Under the pieces are notes generated by a model. That model ran no database searches, was not told where the DNA came from, and was given only the letters and a program-made list of their open reading frames with translations. Below are positions 1 to 13,567 of a stretch of DNA of 64,000 bases, in pieces; positions within the stretch are counted from its first letter, which is position 1, and each line of letters opens with the position of its first letter. The translations under genes were made by a program, and so were the position numbers. The DNA comes from Lama glama (taxonomy: Eukaryota): the NCBI GenBank assembly GCA_028534125.1, contig CM052816.1, positions 55,678,001 to 55,742,000 on the forward strand. Direction: 5' to 3'.

Positions 1-2828
1 AAAATGTTTCTTTAAATAAGAAAGATAAAAAAAGAAAATTAATCTAGATTTGAATAACTGTTCCTTATTGTTACTATAGAACATACGAAAGAAAATGAGA
101 CTGCATGCTATAAAAATCCTTTTTTTAAGCAATGTTTAAGTATTGTGTTTGAATTTTTTTGCATTCTCTTTGAAGTATAGTCAGTTTACAATGTTGTATT
201 TGAATTTTTATTTAATCAAGACGGAAGATTCCTGACAGTCACCAGGACAGATGGGATTCTGCTTTTTCTACACTTGATGTGGAAAAGTAATGGTGGGTGG
301 CATGGCTTACGCATATTGACAGCAGTGGAAACTATTTTCTGATTTTACTTGCTAAGTGTATATTGGACATTAGCTGGGAGAAAATGTTTCTGAAAAAAAT
401 CAAGGAACACAAAACTGCTCTTTTTCATCAAATAAATCTTTTTAACTAATAGATTAAAAAAGATTTTGCTTCTGTTATCTTTATTGCCTGGTAAATATTC
501 TGGACTTGTTTGGTATTTAGAGTTGAAAGACAGCATTATGTTAGGAATAATAAGAATAGGTAGCAAAGTAAATGAATGTTCTACAGGTTAAAATGTTAAT
601 CCTGAAAACAGTTCTGTCATTTTTCAGTCACATAGCAAGTTTGTGTTCTTGACAGACAAGATATGATTGTTGACAGGAATGCTTGTATCGCTGATCATTT
701 CCTAGCCCTCTGTTCTCAGTAGCACCCCTTTGATCTATAGGGGAATAGAGGAGTAAGTAGGCACTGTTATCATTAATCCTCCTGGAAGCTCTTCATTGTA
801 GGTGTTCTTCCTATTTTGCATAAAAATGAAGTTGAATGGATTATGAGAACATTAACTAGTGAGTGATAACATTATTATTACAAGAAAAAAAACCCTTAGT
901 TTTTGGTACTGCTCCCCCCACCCCTTTTTTGGTTAATTTCCACTTAACTCATGGATGTATAGTTATTGAATACTAAAAAAAAAAAATCATCAGTCAACTG
1001 CCTTAAAAAAAAATACCTCCCAAGTTCTAAAAATTCTTATCAAGTCTTTTAAAACCATTCCTGCAAATAGTTTTATTGATTAGATTTCATTGACTCCCCT
1101 TGCTCTATTTTTAAAAATAAGTTTTGCTAATTATAAGGAAAAAAATACAAAACTACCATCAATGTATTTCCTTCTCATCCTCTATACATTTTCCCCCAAG
1201 ACATTATGGAGATAACAAAGTTTATGTCTTGTTTTCTTTCTTTATTTTAATCTAACATCATTTTCTCATTGTAAGACAGCTTTGTTAATATTTCATTGTA
1301 CTGTAATTTTGGTACTCGTTTGCTTATTATTAGACCTTTAGATTGTTTCAGTTTTTTGCATTTAGTATTTACTGCCTTCCTACATAAAGCATTTTTCTTG
1401 TAGTTTGTGACCTTACTATAAATTCTCTGATGTAGAATTGCTCAATTTAAAGATATGAGCATTTTTGAAAGATGTTGCCAGGTTACTTTCCAAAAAGATT
1501 GTGCTGATGTACATTCCATCTGCAGAATATGCAGATTTTCCTTTCACTGCAGCTTTATCAGTATTATTCTGTCCTTACCCCTTTTAAGTGAGATAGATTA
1601 AATATGTGTTCTGTGGCTTTATTTTTTGTTTTTATTCTTACAGACGTGATATATGATTACTGTAAATAATTCGAACAATATAGATAATACCGAAAACTAA
1701 AAAAGAAAGTGAAGATTCACTTTCACTGTTCATCCTTGGTAAAGATCCTTTGCAGAGATTTCTTTGCATGTATAGCCTTACAGTTTTACATAAATGATAC
1801 CATACTGCTTTGTAGCTTTTCCTTCACTCAACAATAAGTTATGGATATCTTTTCATGTTTGATATTTATCTTGATTTCTCCCTTACCCGTTAGGAAAGGA
1901 ATGCATGTCTTTTGTAGAAAATTTAGATTTGAGACCAAAGCTCCAGAATAATTAAGAATGTTCACTTACTGACCATTGTTTTACGTACATACATTTCTTT
2001 TAAGATCCTTGCAGAAAAGAATTAATGGTTCAGGTCCCCTGGCCAAATACCATCTTAGCATTTCAACAGTCCTGCGGGTACTACTTAAACATGTTAAACC
2101 TGTTTTTTCTCTTATTGGGACATTTAAGGAAGCTTCAAAAAGTAGCATTAATTGTTTTGCCACTGTCATCTCTTTGCAATTAAATAAAAAGAATGGAATT
2201 ACGATCTTTTTATTTTGTGCCTATGAAACTTCTAAAAGAAAATATGCATTAGCCCCTTTTTCTAGGGCAAATCATAGAATAGTTAAAGAGCAGTGTTTGT
2301 ATTTTTTTTACATCTCTTGCTGCTGTTTTTAATTTATTAACGATTTCTTCACTATAAAGTGCACTTGTATCCTTGTCTACTTCTTCAAGTTCCATTATTT
2401 CAAAACAGTATTTCCTTACTACAAACAGAGGACTCCATTAGAGCAGTACTGATATAACACCTTTTAAGTAATGGATAATAAATGGATATGGAGGCTGATA
2501 GTAGTTTAGTATAATTGTAGTCTTACCTCTAACAGCAACTTGTAAACAGTATACAGACTTGATCCAAGGAGAACTATAGAGCTAAATAGGATTTAAAACA
2601 GGAAGTGAAGAATCAGATGTCTTTTTTTTCCCTTTAATGAGACGTCTATTTTTAAAGGACCACTCTAGCTATTCTAGAAAGGATTTCAAGAGGAACAAGA
2701 CTAAATAAGTTAGAACTCTAGAGAATTTATCCAAGTGAGACACGAGGTGACCACAACTAGAATATGGTAATGGGAAAATAGAGAAAGGGGCAGATTTGAA
2801 AGAAGTAGAAGCAAAGTCTCTGGATGCT

Positions 2829-3035
2829 GAGGTAGCATAGCATAATGATTAACATCAGAGGCTCTCGAATCTGGAATTAAATCCTGGTTCCCTTACTTAC
2901 CAGTCGTGCAACTCATGTGAAAGCACCCATAAAATGGGTGTGATATCAGTACCCATTTCACTTAGGCTTTTAAAAGGATTAAATGAGATAATGCACCATG
3001 CCTGGCTTAAAGTAGTATCCTCAGTATTAGCTTAT
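2829..3035 (+). mobile_element. MIR SINE
   Basis: aaatcctggttcccttacttaccag...ataaaatggg...ggattaaatgagataatgca. Confidence 0.7.
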
Positions 3036-6000
3036 ACTGCTGGTGGTAGTGTTATAATTTATCCAAGGTGGCTCTCTGAAATTAATATGCAAAATATCCA
3101 TGTAAAATTGCTCAACTCTTTCATCAGCCCTCTTCTCAAAGCAAAACAAAAGATCTCTTATCACTTAGTATTTCTTTTCTAAAGCTAAGGTGGAAAAAAA
3201 ACTGTTTAACAGACTTCCTTTATCCAGCCTCATTTAATTTTTCTATAATTAATTTTTTGCCTCCGTTTCAATGTCACTAAGAGGCCAGTTGGACTTCTAG
3301 CCTCCCTCTAAGACGGAAGGATCTTTTAAAAAGATAAGACTGAGTTTCAGAGTGTCAAAGTTAGTTTATTTAGAATCATCTTTTGTGTCATATCTTCTGT
3401 GTTAAGGGTTCTTAAAAAGCCTTTGGTACAGAGGATGTATGAGTAGCTTCCTGATAAGTCTACTTTAATTTCCCCGTACAGCTAAGACAATATATTATGG
3501 AATCCAAAGCCTTAAATTATAAGTGCAAGAAAGAGGAAGTTCCGAAATCAAGGAGGGTGCGGCAGCGGTTGTTACCCTCCACTTCTACAGTATCATTTTG
3601 TACTTGGGTGTTTATTTTTTTTAGTACTTTCGATTGTGATAGGCAGTGGCTTGTTTTCTTTTGCTCCTCTAGCTTTCTTTTAACCCTTCACTAGGGTTTT
3701 GATAAGGCCCTGGTTAACCCTTCCAGCCTCATCTCACTGGAACACTGCTTGTTTAGCTGTTTCTGTAAAGGGAAGCTCATCTCATGCTCTTTTAGAAGAA
3801 AATGCAAAATGAATAACCAAGTTCTGTAAGTGACCTTCAAATGAAATTTTAAATTTTCTATTGCTTTTAAAATTATGAGACAAGAATGGCTAGGAAGCTG
3901 GTTTGCAGTATGATTTGAGAAAAGTATCCTAAGGGTAAGCAAATATTAGTGAAGTTAACTATATTGCTGCTGGGTTCTAGGCAGATAGAATATGATAAAA
4001 ATCCTCTTTAATGCCATTTTCTTAAATATATTTAAAAATTTCTTTGATTCATGAGGTGCTTCAGTTTCTGGAAATTGTTGTAGATTAAATCTCTCCTCAT
4101 CCAATACATTATGAATGTTGCTTTTCTGAATAAATTGTGTTGTATTTTATCTTTCCAACTGGTTCAGTAAAGGACTGCCTTACATTTGGCCTGATTTGGA
4201 TATGTACATTTTTACCCTAAATTTTGTTATTTAGGTTTAGTATAGAGAATTATATTTCTGGACTATCCATGTCATTTTCAAGACAAGAAAATCAAGCCTG
4301 ACTTGGTAATAACTGACTTGTCTGGTTGCCCACTGGTGATAGTGACGTAGATCCTGTCTTCTGTCTCTTATCATTGTGTTCCTTACACTTAGAGGCTACT
4401 GCTTCTCTGGGAGATCCATAAGTATTTGAAAGGCTAAATAAATATATGAGATTTTAATATTTACAAGCATGAAATTACTGTGCCAAATTTTATTATATCA
4501 AATAATATGTTTACCTAGAGTCACAAAATTGCTATCATTGCAACTTACTATGATACTTTAAACCATAATCCTATCGATTAAATTGTTCTCCTGGTTATAG
4601 TGCCTTGCTTCATATTTGGTTTCTCTTAAAATAATAATACTGAAAGTAATGTCTGGATGCTGACAACATAGCAAGCTTATTTGGCTTTATTGTTGGTTTC
4701 AGAATTTCACTTTCTGGAAAATGCTCCGTTGTTCTTATATTAACATTTACTCTTACTTGTATTTTCTCTTTTCCTGTAATTAAAATGGAAAGAGACAGTG
4801 AGAGGACTCTGCCACGAACTAGATAATTTTTGACACCGTGAGGAAGTTACTCAATTTCTTTCTCAATTTCTTTGCTGTGCTTCTTGCTGGAGAGCATTAT
4901 TTGGAAAGCTTTTCAAAAGGCAGGTGCTATTTAAAAAAAAAATAGGGCAACCTTTTTCCTATATTTTATACCACTGTTTTTTTTTTGACTATAGATGAGC
5001 TGATGAACAGACTGCAAAATGAAACTGTAATGTTTATCTCCTACATGAATGAGCCAAACTATGAAATTTAGCTTTGTCTTTAAGGGAGTTTTCTTTTTAA
5101 ATCTGTTCTTAGGCATTTCTGATCCTTTATTAAATTCATAACTTTGAACTATATGATTTCATTTATCATGATTTTAAATGTTCTCAGAAGGTCAAGATAC
5201 AGAGGGTACAGGTACAAGTAAAGCAATTAGTGTGAAGGTTACTATTGTACTTTGACCAATAGTAACCTTTGTGTCAGCTTTCAAGTATACTGCTTGCAAA
5301 ATGCTACTGACCCCCTCTAGTGGCCAAAAGATTGTGTTTTTTTTGTGGGTTTTTTTTTTGTTTGTTTTTTACATAAGACAATATTATAACCAAGGTGTGG
5401 TCTTGTTACTATAGTATTTAAAAGAAGTAAACCTTGTTCTGTATAGCACATGTTCAACAGTGTTTCACTAAATCAAATGACATTTTATGTTTATGCAAAA
5501 CATGTTCAGGAATACTGCTTACAAATATAAAATTTGGGAAAGAAAGGTTTTTTTGGAAAGCAGTTTGTATGATGGTTCTTAAAAGCATGTGTTGAAAGGG
5601 AAAAATACCCCCATAGTAAATGTACTTGAATTCCACATTATTAATTTTAGATAGAATTTGGTGTTTTCAGAAATACTATATTGCTGATTAGAGGTTATAG
5701 GTAAGCTCAGCATTTTTCTTGTGGAAAAGTGGGATTAAGATAAAGCCAGCGTGCCTTTAATAAAGTATTATTCCCAAAATCAAACCAATGAGACTTTGAA
5801 AGCATGTTACAATTTTTATCAGCATGTATCAACTGTGAGTGTCCATTTCCACCATTGGAAATTTTCCTCACTCTACCTTGAAAAAGTAAACCTTATAAAT
5901 TCAGGATGAGTATTGTTGCCTTTAAAGTGAACATCCTCGGGAGCCAAAATAGATGTCAAGAACATTGCTACTTTTCAGAATAGTTTTATAACTTAACTTT

Positions 6001-6889
6001 TAGAATCATTTGTAGCCCGTGTGACAGAGTGTTTTTAAAATATTTATATCTTTGATGATAGATTTGATTTTTTGAGAGAAATCTAAAACTAATTCAGAGT
6101 CATGTCATGTGAATAAGAAAGACAGTCAAACTTAATTATACAGTTTGTAGCTATTCCTTCAAAGTAATGAGACAGTTTTAGAATTTTTATTCTATGACTC
6201 TCTAGAATTATTTTAGATAGCTCCATTTTGTGGTTGTATCATAAAATTACTCTAAATATTGTGGTAGTGCCATCAGGAATTTTTTATGTGATGCAGCATT
6301 ATTGAGATATTTGTAGACATTTCCAGAATGACCAGTTTTTAAAAGTGAGGATTTGTTTGTATGTGCATGTGTATATTTGTTAAACTTTAACTATTTATGT
6401 TTAAAGTAATCTCAGTGTAGCTACTGACTGAAATAAAGTGATAAATGAATCCCCGTTATTTAAATTGAATAACAATGGAATTAGTATTTATGAGTATAAT
6501 GTATGTTCTTTATCCATGGAATGATGATATAACTTACAATACAATTTATTTAAGTGAAACTTGGTAAGAGGTAGAAATACAATTACTCTAAACTCTCAGT
6601 CTCAACATTCATTTCCTGTCCATTACTTAAAATATATCATAACATCAGTATTTTTATAGTAGAGTCTTGTCCTATCATGCCTTTGTTGTAAAGAGGTGTT
6701 ACTGTTTTGAAATAGTGGAACCTGAGAAAAAGAGACAAGGTTATAAGAAGTATGTTTTATATTGAAGAAACCTATAGTGTTTACATTTTGTTTCAAGGGC
6801 TTAAAGTTTTGACTCTGTTTAGGCCTCATTGATTCATCTGTAAAGAAATAGTAGTGGAAGTTTTCCTTTTTTTTTTTGTCCTTGTTCTA

Positions 6890-7150
6890 CCAAATTTCTT
6901 TTAATTGTGGTAAAATATATGCAACAATCTATCACTTCAGCTATTTTTAAGTTTACAGTTCTGTGACATTTAGTATATTCATATTGTTGTTCAACCATTA
7001 CCACCACCTTCCATCTCCAGAAGTTTTTCATCTTCTCCACCTTCAGCTCTGTACCTAGTAAATTCTAACTCCTCGTTCTCATCTTCTCCTAGCCACCTGG
7101 TAACCACTATTCCACTTTCTGTCTGTGTGAATTTGCCTACCCTAGATAGT
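6890..7150 (-). mobile_element. Old L1 3'-end fragment (L1MA/MB-like)
   Basis: ttttaattgtggtaaaatat...acatttagtatattcatattgttg...aaccactattccactttctgtct. Confidence 0.75.
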
Positions 7151-7352
7151 TTTCCTATTATTAAAGTCTTGTAGCTCACTAGCCCAGTATGTAGTTCATA
7201 TTCAATAAACTTCTTAATTAAATGGCAATTAGGAATTGAAAGGCATGCCAGTGGGTTGTCTGTATTTCTTGAGGGAACTGAAACTGCTAATTATTGTTAC
7301 AATAACTTCATTAATTTATAGGAAAACTTCTCTTTTCTCTTAAGTATTTTTT

Positions 7353-7510
7353 CTAGTTTCATTGAGATAGTAGTGATAAAAAATTGTATTAGTTTAAGGT
7401 TTACAACATAATGATTTGATACATGTATATATATTGTGAAATGATTACCACAGTAAGTTTTGTTAACGTCCATCACCTAACATAGTTAAAAGATTTTTTT
7501 CTTATGATGA
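7353..7510 (-). mobile_element. 5'-truncated L1 3' end with TSD
   Basis: ttgagatag...tttaaggtttacaacataatgatttgata...atgattaccacag; 13-bp TSD ttaagtatttttt (7340-7352 / 7511-7523). Confidence 0.8.
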
Positions 7511-7560
7511 TTAAGTATTTTTTATTTAATTTTTTTCATATAGTTTACTTTCCTTTTTAG

Positions 7561-7668
7561 ACTGAATCTGGATATGGATCTGAATCCAGCTTGCGTCGAC
7601 ATGGCTCAATGGTGTCCCTGGTGTCGGGAGCAAGTGGCTATTCTGCAACATCCACCTCTTCATTCAAG
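7561..7668 (+). CDS. CERT1: CERT1 coding exon 4 (108 nt): serine-repeat motif [36 protein letters not shown]
   Basis: Acceptor tcctttttag|ACT, donor AAG|gtttgt. Translation matches the recalled CERT SRM, including the PKD site RRHGS(132). Exons 1-3 (PH domain) lie upstream of the window. Confidence 0.97.
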
Positions 7669-7809
7669 GTTTGTGGTTATGAATTATTTGAAGTTAAGGC
7701 AACGTAGGTTGAATTTAGTACTGAATGTTGTGAACAGAACTTAATTGATAGTTTTTTGAAAGAACTTTTTTACAGTGTAATTTATTTCCAGTTGTTGCAA
7801 AATTGTTTT

Positions 7810-7937
7810 GTTTTGGGTGGGGGTAGGTTTATTTATTTATTTATTTATTTATTTTAGTGGAGATACTGAGGATTGAACCCAGGACCTTGTGTATGCTAAG
7901 CAGATACTCTACCACTTAGGTATAACCTCTCCCCGCC
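7810..7937 (-). mobile_element. tRNA-derived SINE (camelid-type)
   Basis: Reverse complement gives A/B-box head (agtggtagag...gggttcaatcc) and an (AAAT)n tail; degenerate TSD caaaattgtttt / cagaatagtttt. Confidence 0.8.
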
Positions 7938-8558
7938 CAGAATAGTTTTTTAAGGGGTAAAATAATGACTCATACAAATAAAATGACATGTCAAAGATTT
8001 AATGGAATAAGGTGTAAAAGAAAAAGTGTGGTTTCAAAGGAAAATCTGAAGAATGCTAAAATGATTTTGCTAAACTGATCAATAGTCACAGATTAGTAAC
8101 CAGGGTTCCTCCACTGGACAAAGTTCATTTACATGTCTTTGGACAAGAATCGTTTACATTACTCTCAGTTTTTTTTACTACTTAGAGTTGTCAAATAGCT
8201 CAAATGCGATGAAATCAAAGACTTCTGTATGATCAGATTACACCCTCTCCTAAGGCTTCCAAAGATGATACTCACTATTCCTTTCAAAGGATACCTAGTG
8301 ATATTTTTAAAGTCTTGCAGTTTTTCCTCACAATGTCTAATTTGAAAATACTAAATTTTATAGTAGCAAGTTGTCAGGCTTATTGCTCTCATTTCCTTCA
8401 GGCTTATCACTATCAAACCGTTAATTAGTTTCAGGTCTGTCCCTGGGAGTATTACATTGAATTTGACAACTCTTCCGTCCCCATGCCCTCAGTAGTAAGA
8501 TACAGACCTTAAAAGGTGATGAAATACCATGGCACTAAATAAATTCTTGTTTTGTTAA

Positions 8559-8735
<177 letters not shown>

Positions 8736-9529
8736 TAATTAGGCTATTACCACTATTTTTACTTGGAGAATGAATGGATTTAAAGCCTCTTGATCTTAAA
8801 GGGTAATGTCTTTAAGTGATAAAGGTAATTAAAGTCACTTTTGCTGCAAACCCCCAATGTACCAGATTTCAGTGTCCACATAACTTGTATACTTTAATAA
8901 CATCCTAATTAATCTGATTACCTATACCAGTTACCATTGATGATTTTATTTTAAAATAGTTTTTAAACTCTTTATCCCATTAAAAAATATAGTATCATCT
9001 TGATAATGTGGGGCATTTCACATGGTTATGTCTAATAAGTGTAACCCATGACGTGTCTTAGAGACAAGCATATGTTTATGGTAAATCTTCCAGATCTGGA
9101 ATTAGTGGATCTTTCTCCCTCCCTTTTCACATCTCTTTCTCTCCTCTCTGTCTCCCTCGCTTCCTCTGGCCTTTTTCTCATAGAAGAAGTCAATAATAGG
9201 GTTGTATATACATATAAAAATAATTTTTAGTGATTTTTTTAAGAGAGAGAAATTATCTTCAGTTAACTTAGAATGTGAATTTTGAAGTTACTTTTCATTT
9301 GTAACTGCTAAAAATGTTACTGAGGTGGTCAGTGTCAGTGTTTCTCTTAATCTGCTGTGTAGGCAAAAGTGAACTGCTCTTAGAGTACTACCAAATAGTG
9401 CTGAGTTCATTTCCAGTGTAACTAGGTTGCCTGATAACTCTTTCATTTCTTGGTCTTATTAAATGTATTTGATCTGTTCAGATTTTTTGTCTTCTCTGTT
9501 CTTTGTTCTCTTTTTCTGCCTTGACTTTT

Positions 9530-10275
9530 AGAGTTTCTTTATACTTCATTTGTATCTCCTTTGTTGGCTTTTTAGATAAACTCTTTGTTATTATAGGGCT
9601 ACTCTAGGGTTTATAGTATGTGCAGTTAACTAATTATAGTCTGCCTTTAAGTAATACTGCTTGTATGGTGTAAGAACCTTACAATAACGCATTTCCATTT
9701 CTTCCCACTACTGAGGCAAGGCAATTCCACATTCTCTAGCCAATTCCCTGTGAATTATTCCAGATCTGCATTGTAGGAACAGGTACTTTAGCCTGCCCCA
9801 TGTAGGTTTTGGGTACTCTTCCCTGAGCTCCTTTCAAATGGTTCTTTTATGACCTCTGTAGTTCCCTCACTTGTATGTGCTATCAGTGCTCCACTGCATC
9901 CTCAGAGGGACCCTCTGCTCACTTCCAGAGTTCTCTCTCTGTACAGCTCTCTGCTCCCCAGTACTCTGCCCTGTGAACTCTAGTGGCCTTTGTCTCTCTG
10001 GCTTCTCAGCTCCATTTCCTCCCCTCCGACAGTCTGCCAGGGTCTTAAAGGGTTTCTCCTTAGTCTATAGCTTGGAAACTCTCCCATGGCAGTAAACTGG
10101 AGCAATCATGGGGCTCATACCATTTGTTCCCTGACTGTTAGGGATCACTGTCTTTTGTTGCCTAATACCCAATGTCTTGAAAACTGTTGTTTCATGTATT
10201 TTGTCTGGTTTTCTGTGTCATGCTAGAGAGTGAATTGTCTCCCTGTTACTCCATCTTTGCCAGAAGCAGAAGCCT
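9530..10275 (-). mobile_element. Old L1 5'-end and internal fragments
   Basis: Reverse complement starts ggcttctgcttctggcaaagatggagtaacaggg, typical of ancient L1M 5' ends. Left boundary approximate. Confidence 0.6.
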
Positions 10276-10689
10276 AGTACTTAATTTTGTCTAAAGTAGC
10301 CTTGAAATTCTTTATATTTAGATATTCTTTAAGTTTTAATATTTGATGTTTGTTTCTCTAAAAATAAAGGCAGTTGAACTTCTGTTTCTCATTATTTAAA
10401 AAAGTATACATACTTTTAGACATTACACATTACAAATTAGACATTACACATCAGCTTTTGTTTGGTTGCAAACAGCTCTTTAAATGAAAACAGGATGTGT
10501 ACAGATTTGAATTTCTTAATTTATTTTTAAATGATCCATGGCAATAATATATAGCATTTTAATGGACAAAAGTGATGATGGAAGGAGTGGAAGTTGGGAT
10601 GCGGATGATAACCAGGTTGTGTAGAAGATTTGAAAAATAATTTTTAAACATTACTCATGTTTGAATATTTAGCAGTAGTGGTAGGCTAA

Positions 10690-11104
10690 TGTACGAGTTT
10701 GCTAGGGCTGCCATTACAAAGTACTCTATAGACTAGGGGCTTAAACAACAGAAATTTATTTTCTCACAGTTCTGGAGGCTAGAAGTTGAGATCAAGGTTT
10801 TGGCAAGTTTGGTTTCTTCTGAGGGCCATGATGGAAAGATCTGTTCTAGGCCTTTCCCCTGGCTTGTAGATGATCATCTTTTCCCTGTATCTTCACGTCA
10901 TCTTCCTTCTGTAAGTGTCTGTGTCCAAATTTCCTCCTCTTATAAGGACACTGATCATATTCAGTTAGGGCACACCCTCCTGACCTCGTTTTAATTTGAT
11001 TACTCTATAAAGACCCAGTCTCCAAATACAGTCACTTTTTGAGGTACAGAAGGTTAGGACTTCAGCATATGAATTTTGTATGCGACATAGTTAAGCCTCT
11101 AACA
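10690..11104 (-). mobile_element. MaLR solo LTR (MLT1 family)
   Basis: tgtacgagtttgctagggctgcc...ggcttaaacaacagaaatttattttctcacagttctggaggctagaag...aaca, characteristic of MLT1. Confidence 0.85.
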
Positions 11105-11574
11105 ACTGATTTCCCTATAAAAGGCTTTTTTAAGAAATGATGTTTTTAAGAATCCATGCTGGGTAATGGTGAAATAAGAACATGGACCATAGTTTCCTAC
11201 TTTGACTATAGATCAGAGTTGCTGATCTAAGGTCTCAATAGACGGACTTTCATTAAATTATCAAAACTGAATTATCTGTGACTTTAGAGAATTTTAAGAA
11301 TCATTGTTCTTCATTAGCTGTGTCATTGAAATAATAGCAAGCTCTCATTTTATTTTAGGTGTTCAACGTTTTCATATAAAATGTTTCATCAGAATTGCTA
11401 GTAAGGCAAACTTAACCTGACCAGCCTCCCCCCACCACCACCACCAACACACACATACACACTCCAGTAAGATTCAGTTAACCCTTTCGGTCTGGATACT
11501 CCAGGATTACAGAAGTAGATGACATTATCTCTGACCTAAACATACTGTTTGATTTTAAAATATATACCATATTA

Positions 11575-11780
11575 AAAGTAAAGGTTCTAATCTTGCTCTT
11601 TTATTTACTGTTAGTTTGATGACTTTAAGTAGATTACTTAATATTTCTCCACATCTCTTTCCTCGACTGTAACATAGATGTTGTATCCAACACATATGAT
11701 TGTGAGAGTTAAATGAGAGTATGTATGTTAACTGTGCTAAATGGCAAAAAAGTCAATATATAATAGCTATTATTAATGTG
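11575..11780 (+). mobile_element. MIR SINE
   Basis: ggttctaatcttgctct...tgactttaagtagattacttaa...gtgagagttaaatgaga. Confidence 0.55.
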
Positions 11781-13432
11781 GTTAATTTGGATTATTGCAG
11801 GAATGAGAAAAACAGGAATGTGCAAGATCCAAAGACGGAATTTAGTATAATAGATTTGAGTGTTGGTAAGAGGGACCAGTCTAATTGGGAAAGGGGATTT
11901 GTATTAGGACAGTGGTTTCAAACCATGTCAGACATCCCTTAAAGATACCTCAATGAAGGATAAGGAGTGCTTGGTTGGAAAGGAAACAGGAGGTCCACTC
12001 TTTAAGCCAGAGCAGCTCTTGCTTTCATCAGTTTTATATACTGAATATTGGCTAGAAAAGAAGGTTGAAAATCCCTGTTTGGTGGTACTAGGCTATTGGA
12101 TGGTTAGGGATACAAAAGTGAATCTTTAATTATCCAAAGTAGATACTAAGAAGATGAATGAAGTGCAGACCTTTCAGTAGTATTTAAGAACAGTTAATTA
12201 GAGTGGTATTGAGTCAAGGTCAGAATCTTGTCTGGTGGTGAGCAATAATTTAAAATTAGAGCAGTGTTCTGTATTAGCTAATTTCTTAGAACTGACTCTA
12301 TTTACAAATTATTGATGAGACGATGAAGAGCCACAGAATCTGGAAATTTGATGAATCTTGGAACTAAGGTGTTTACAGAGGCTTCAATATGGATATTGAA
12401 GTCTATAGGAATGATGGACATGGAAAAGAAAAATGTCAGATATTGATATTAGTTAGCTGGTTAGAAATGAAATAGTAGGCATTAGAGATAATAGAAGCTT
12501 ATGATTGGAAAAAGTTGTTATAGATGAATGCAAAATTTTCAGGTGATGAAAAATGAAATAATGTAATAATTAGAAAATGGCAGTACAGAATAAAGATATT
12601 TTCCATAGTGATTCCTACCACTTAGTCAAGGGAGAGAATAAGGAATAGCAGTGGGCTTTGCATCCATTGGAGAGAGAGTTAAAATAGATGACAGATTCCT
12701 CACAGAGCCACATTACTCCTGAGGTAAAGAGATACAGCCAAGAAGTAAGACTTTAGAATGTGGATTCTTTCTGTAGAAAGGGAGTTTCTCAGAAGATAAA
12801 AACTTAAAAAGCCATGAGAAAGCAGAGAATAAGACTGAGGCTGAGATTTAGAAATTTGCACGAAGAAGTGGAGCACGTGGGGCAGAGGATTAAAGTACAT
12901 TAGGTAGTAGAGAGGGGGATAGATAGTACACAGAAGAAAGCAGTATGGGGAAGAACACAGGGGATTCCGTTTTTCTGGAATTAGGTAAGTTAAAAGGGAT
13001 GTGCAGGCACAGACGCATTGAGATGAATTAAAATTGATATCCCATCTGTAAGTCATTATATTTTCCTTGCATGTCCAGAAATGGTAAATTTAAGAGTTCC
13101 CAAAGCAAGCTAAAGGATCTTCTACATATAAGTTAGCCTCTTACAACCCTCATCAGTCTTTGTAGGCTTCTGGTAGAATTAGGAAATTTCCCCAAGATAG
13201 AGAGGGAGAGGTAGGAAGATTAGAGGACAGAATAATTCATGTCTCAGTGCCGTCCATTACACAAATGGGAACGAGTACAGTTTTTATAACAATGTATTAT
13301 ATTTAAAGACATTCCACAGCATATTTGTTGGGCATACTGTAATAAGCACTGAAAATATAAAGATGAATATGATCGTGAACTCACAGAATCCAGAGTATAT
13401 TGACGCAGTTGAACATAGAATAAACTCTGTAA

Positions 13433-13567
<135 letters not shown>

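Noticed and set aside
727..735. TCF/LEF site CCTTTGATC
   Set aside because: A single 9-mer is about what chance gives in 64 kb; no clustering.
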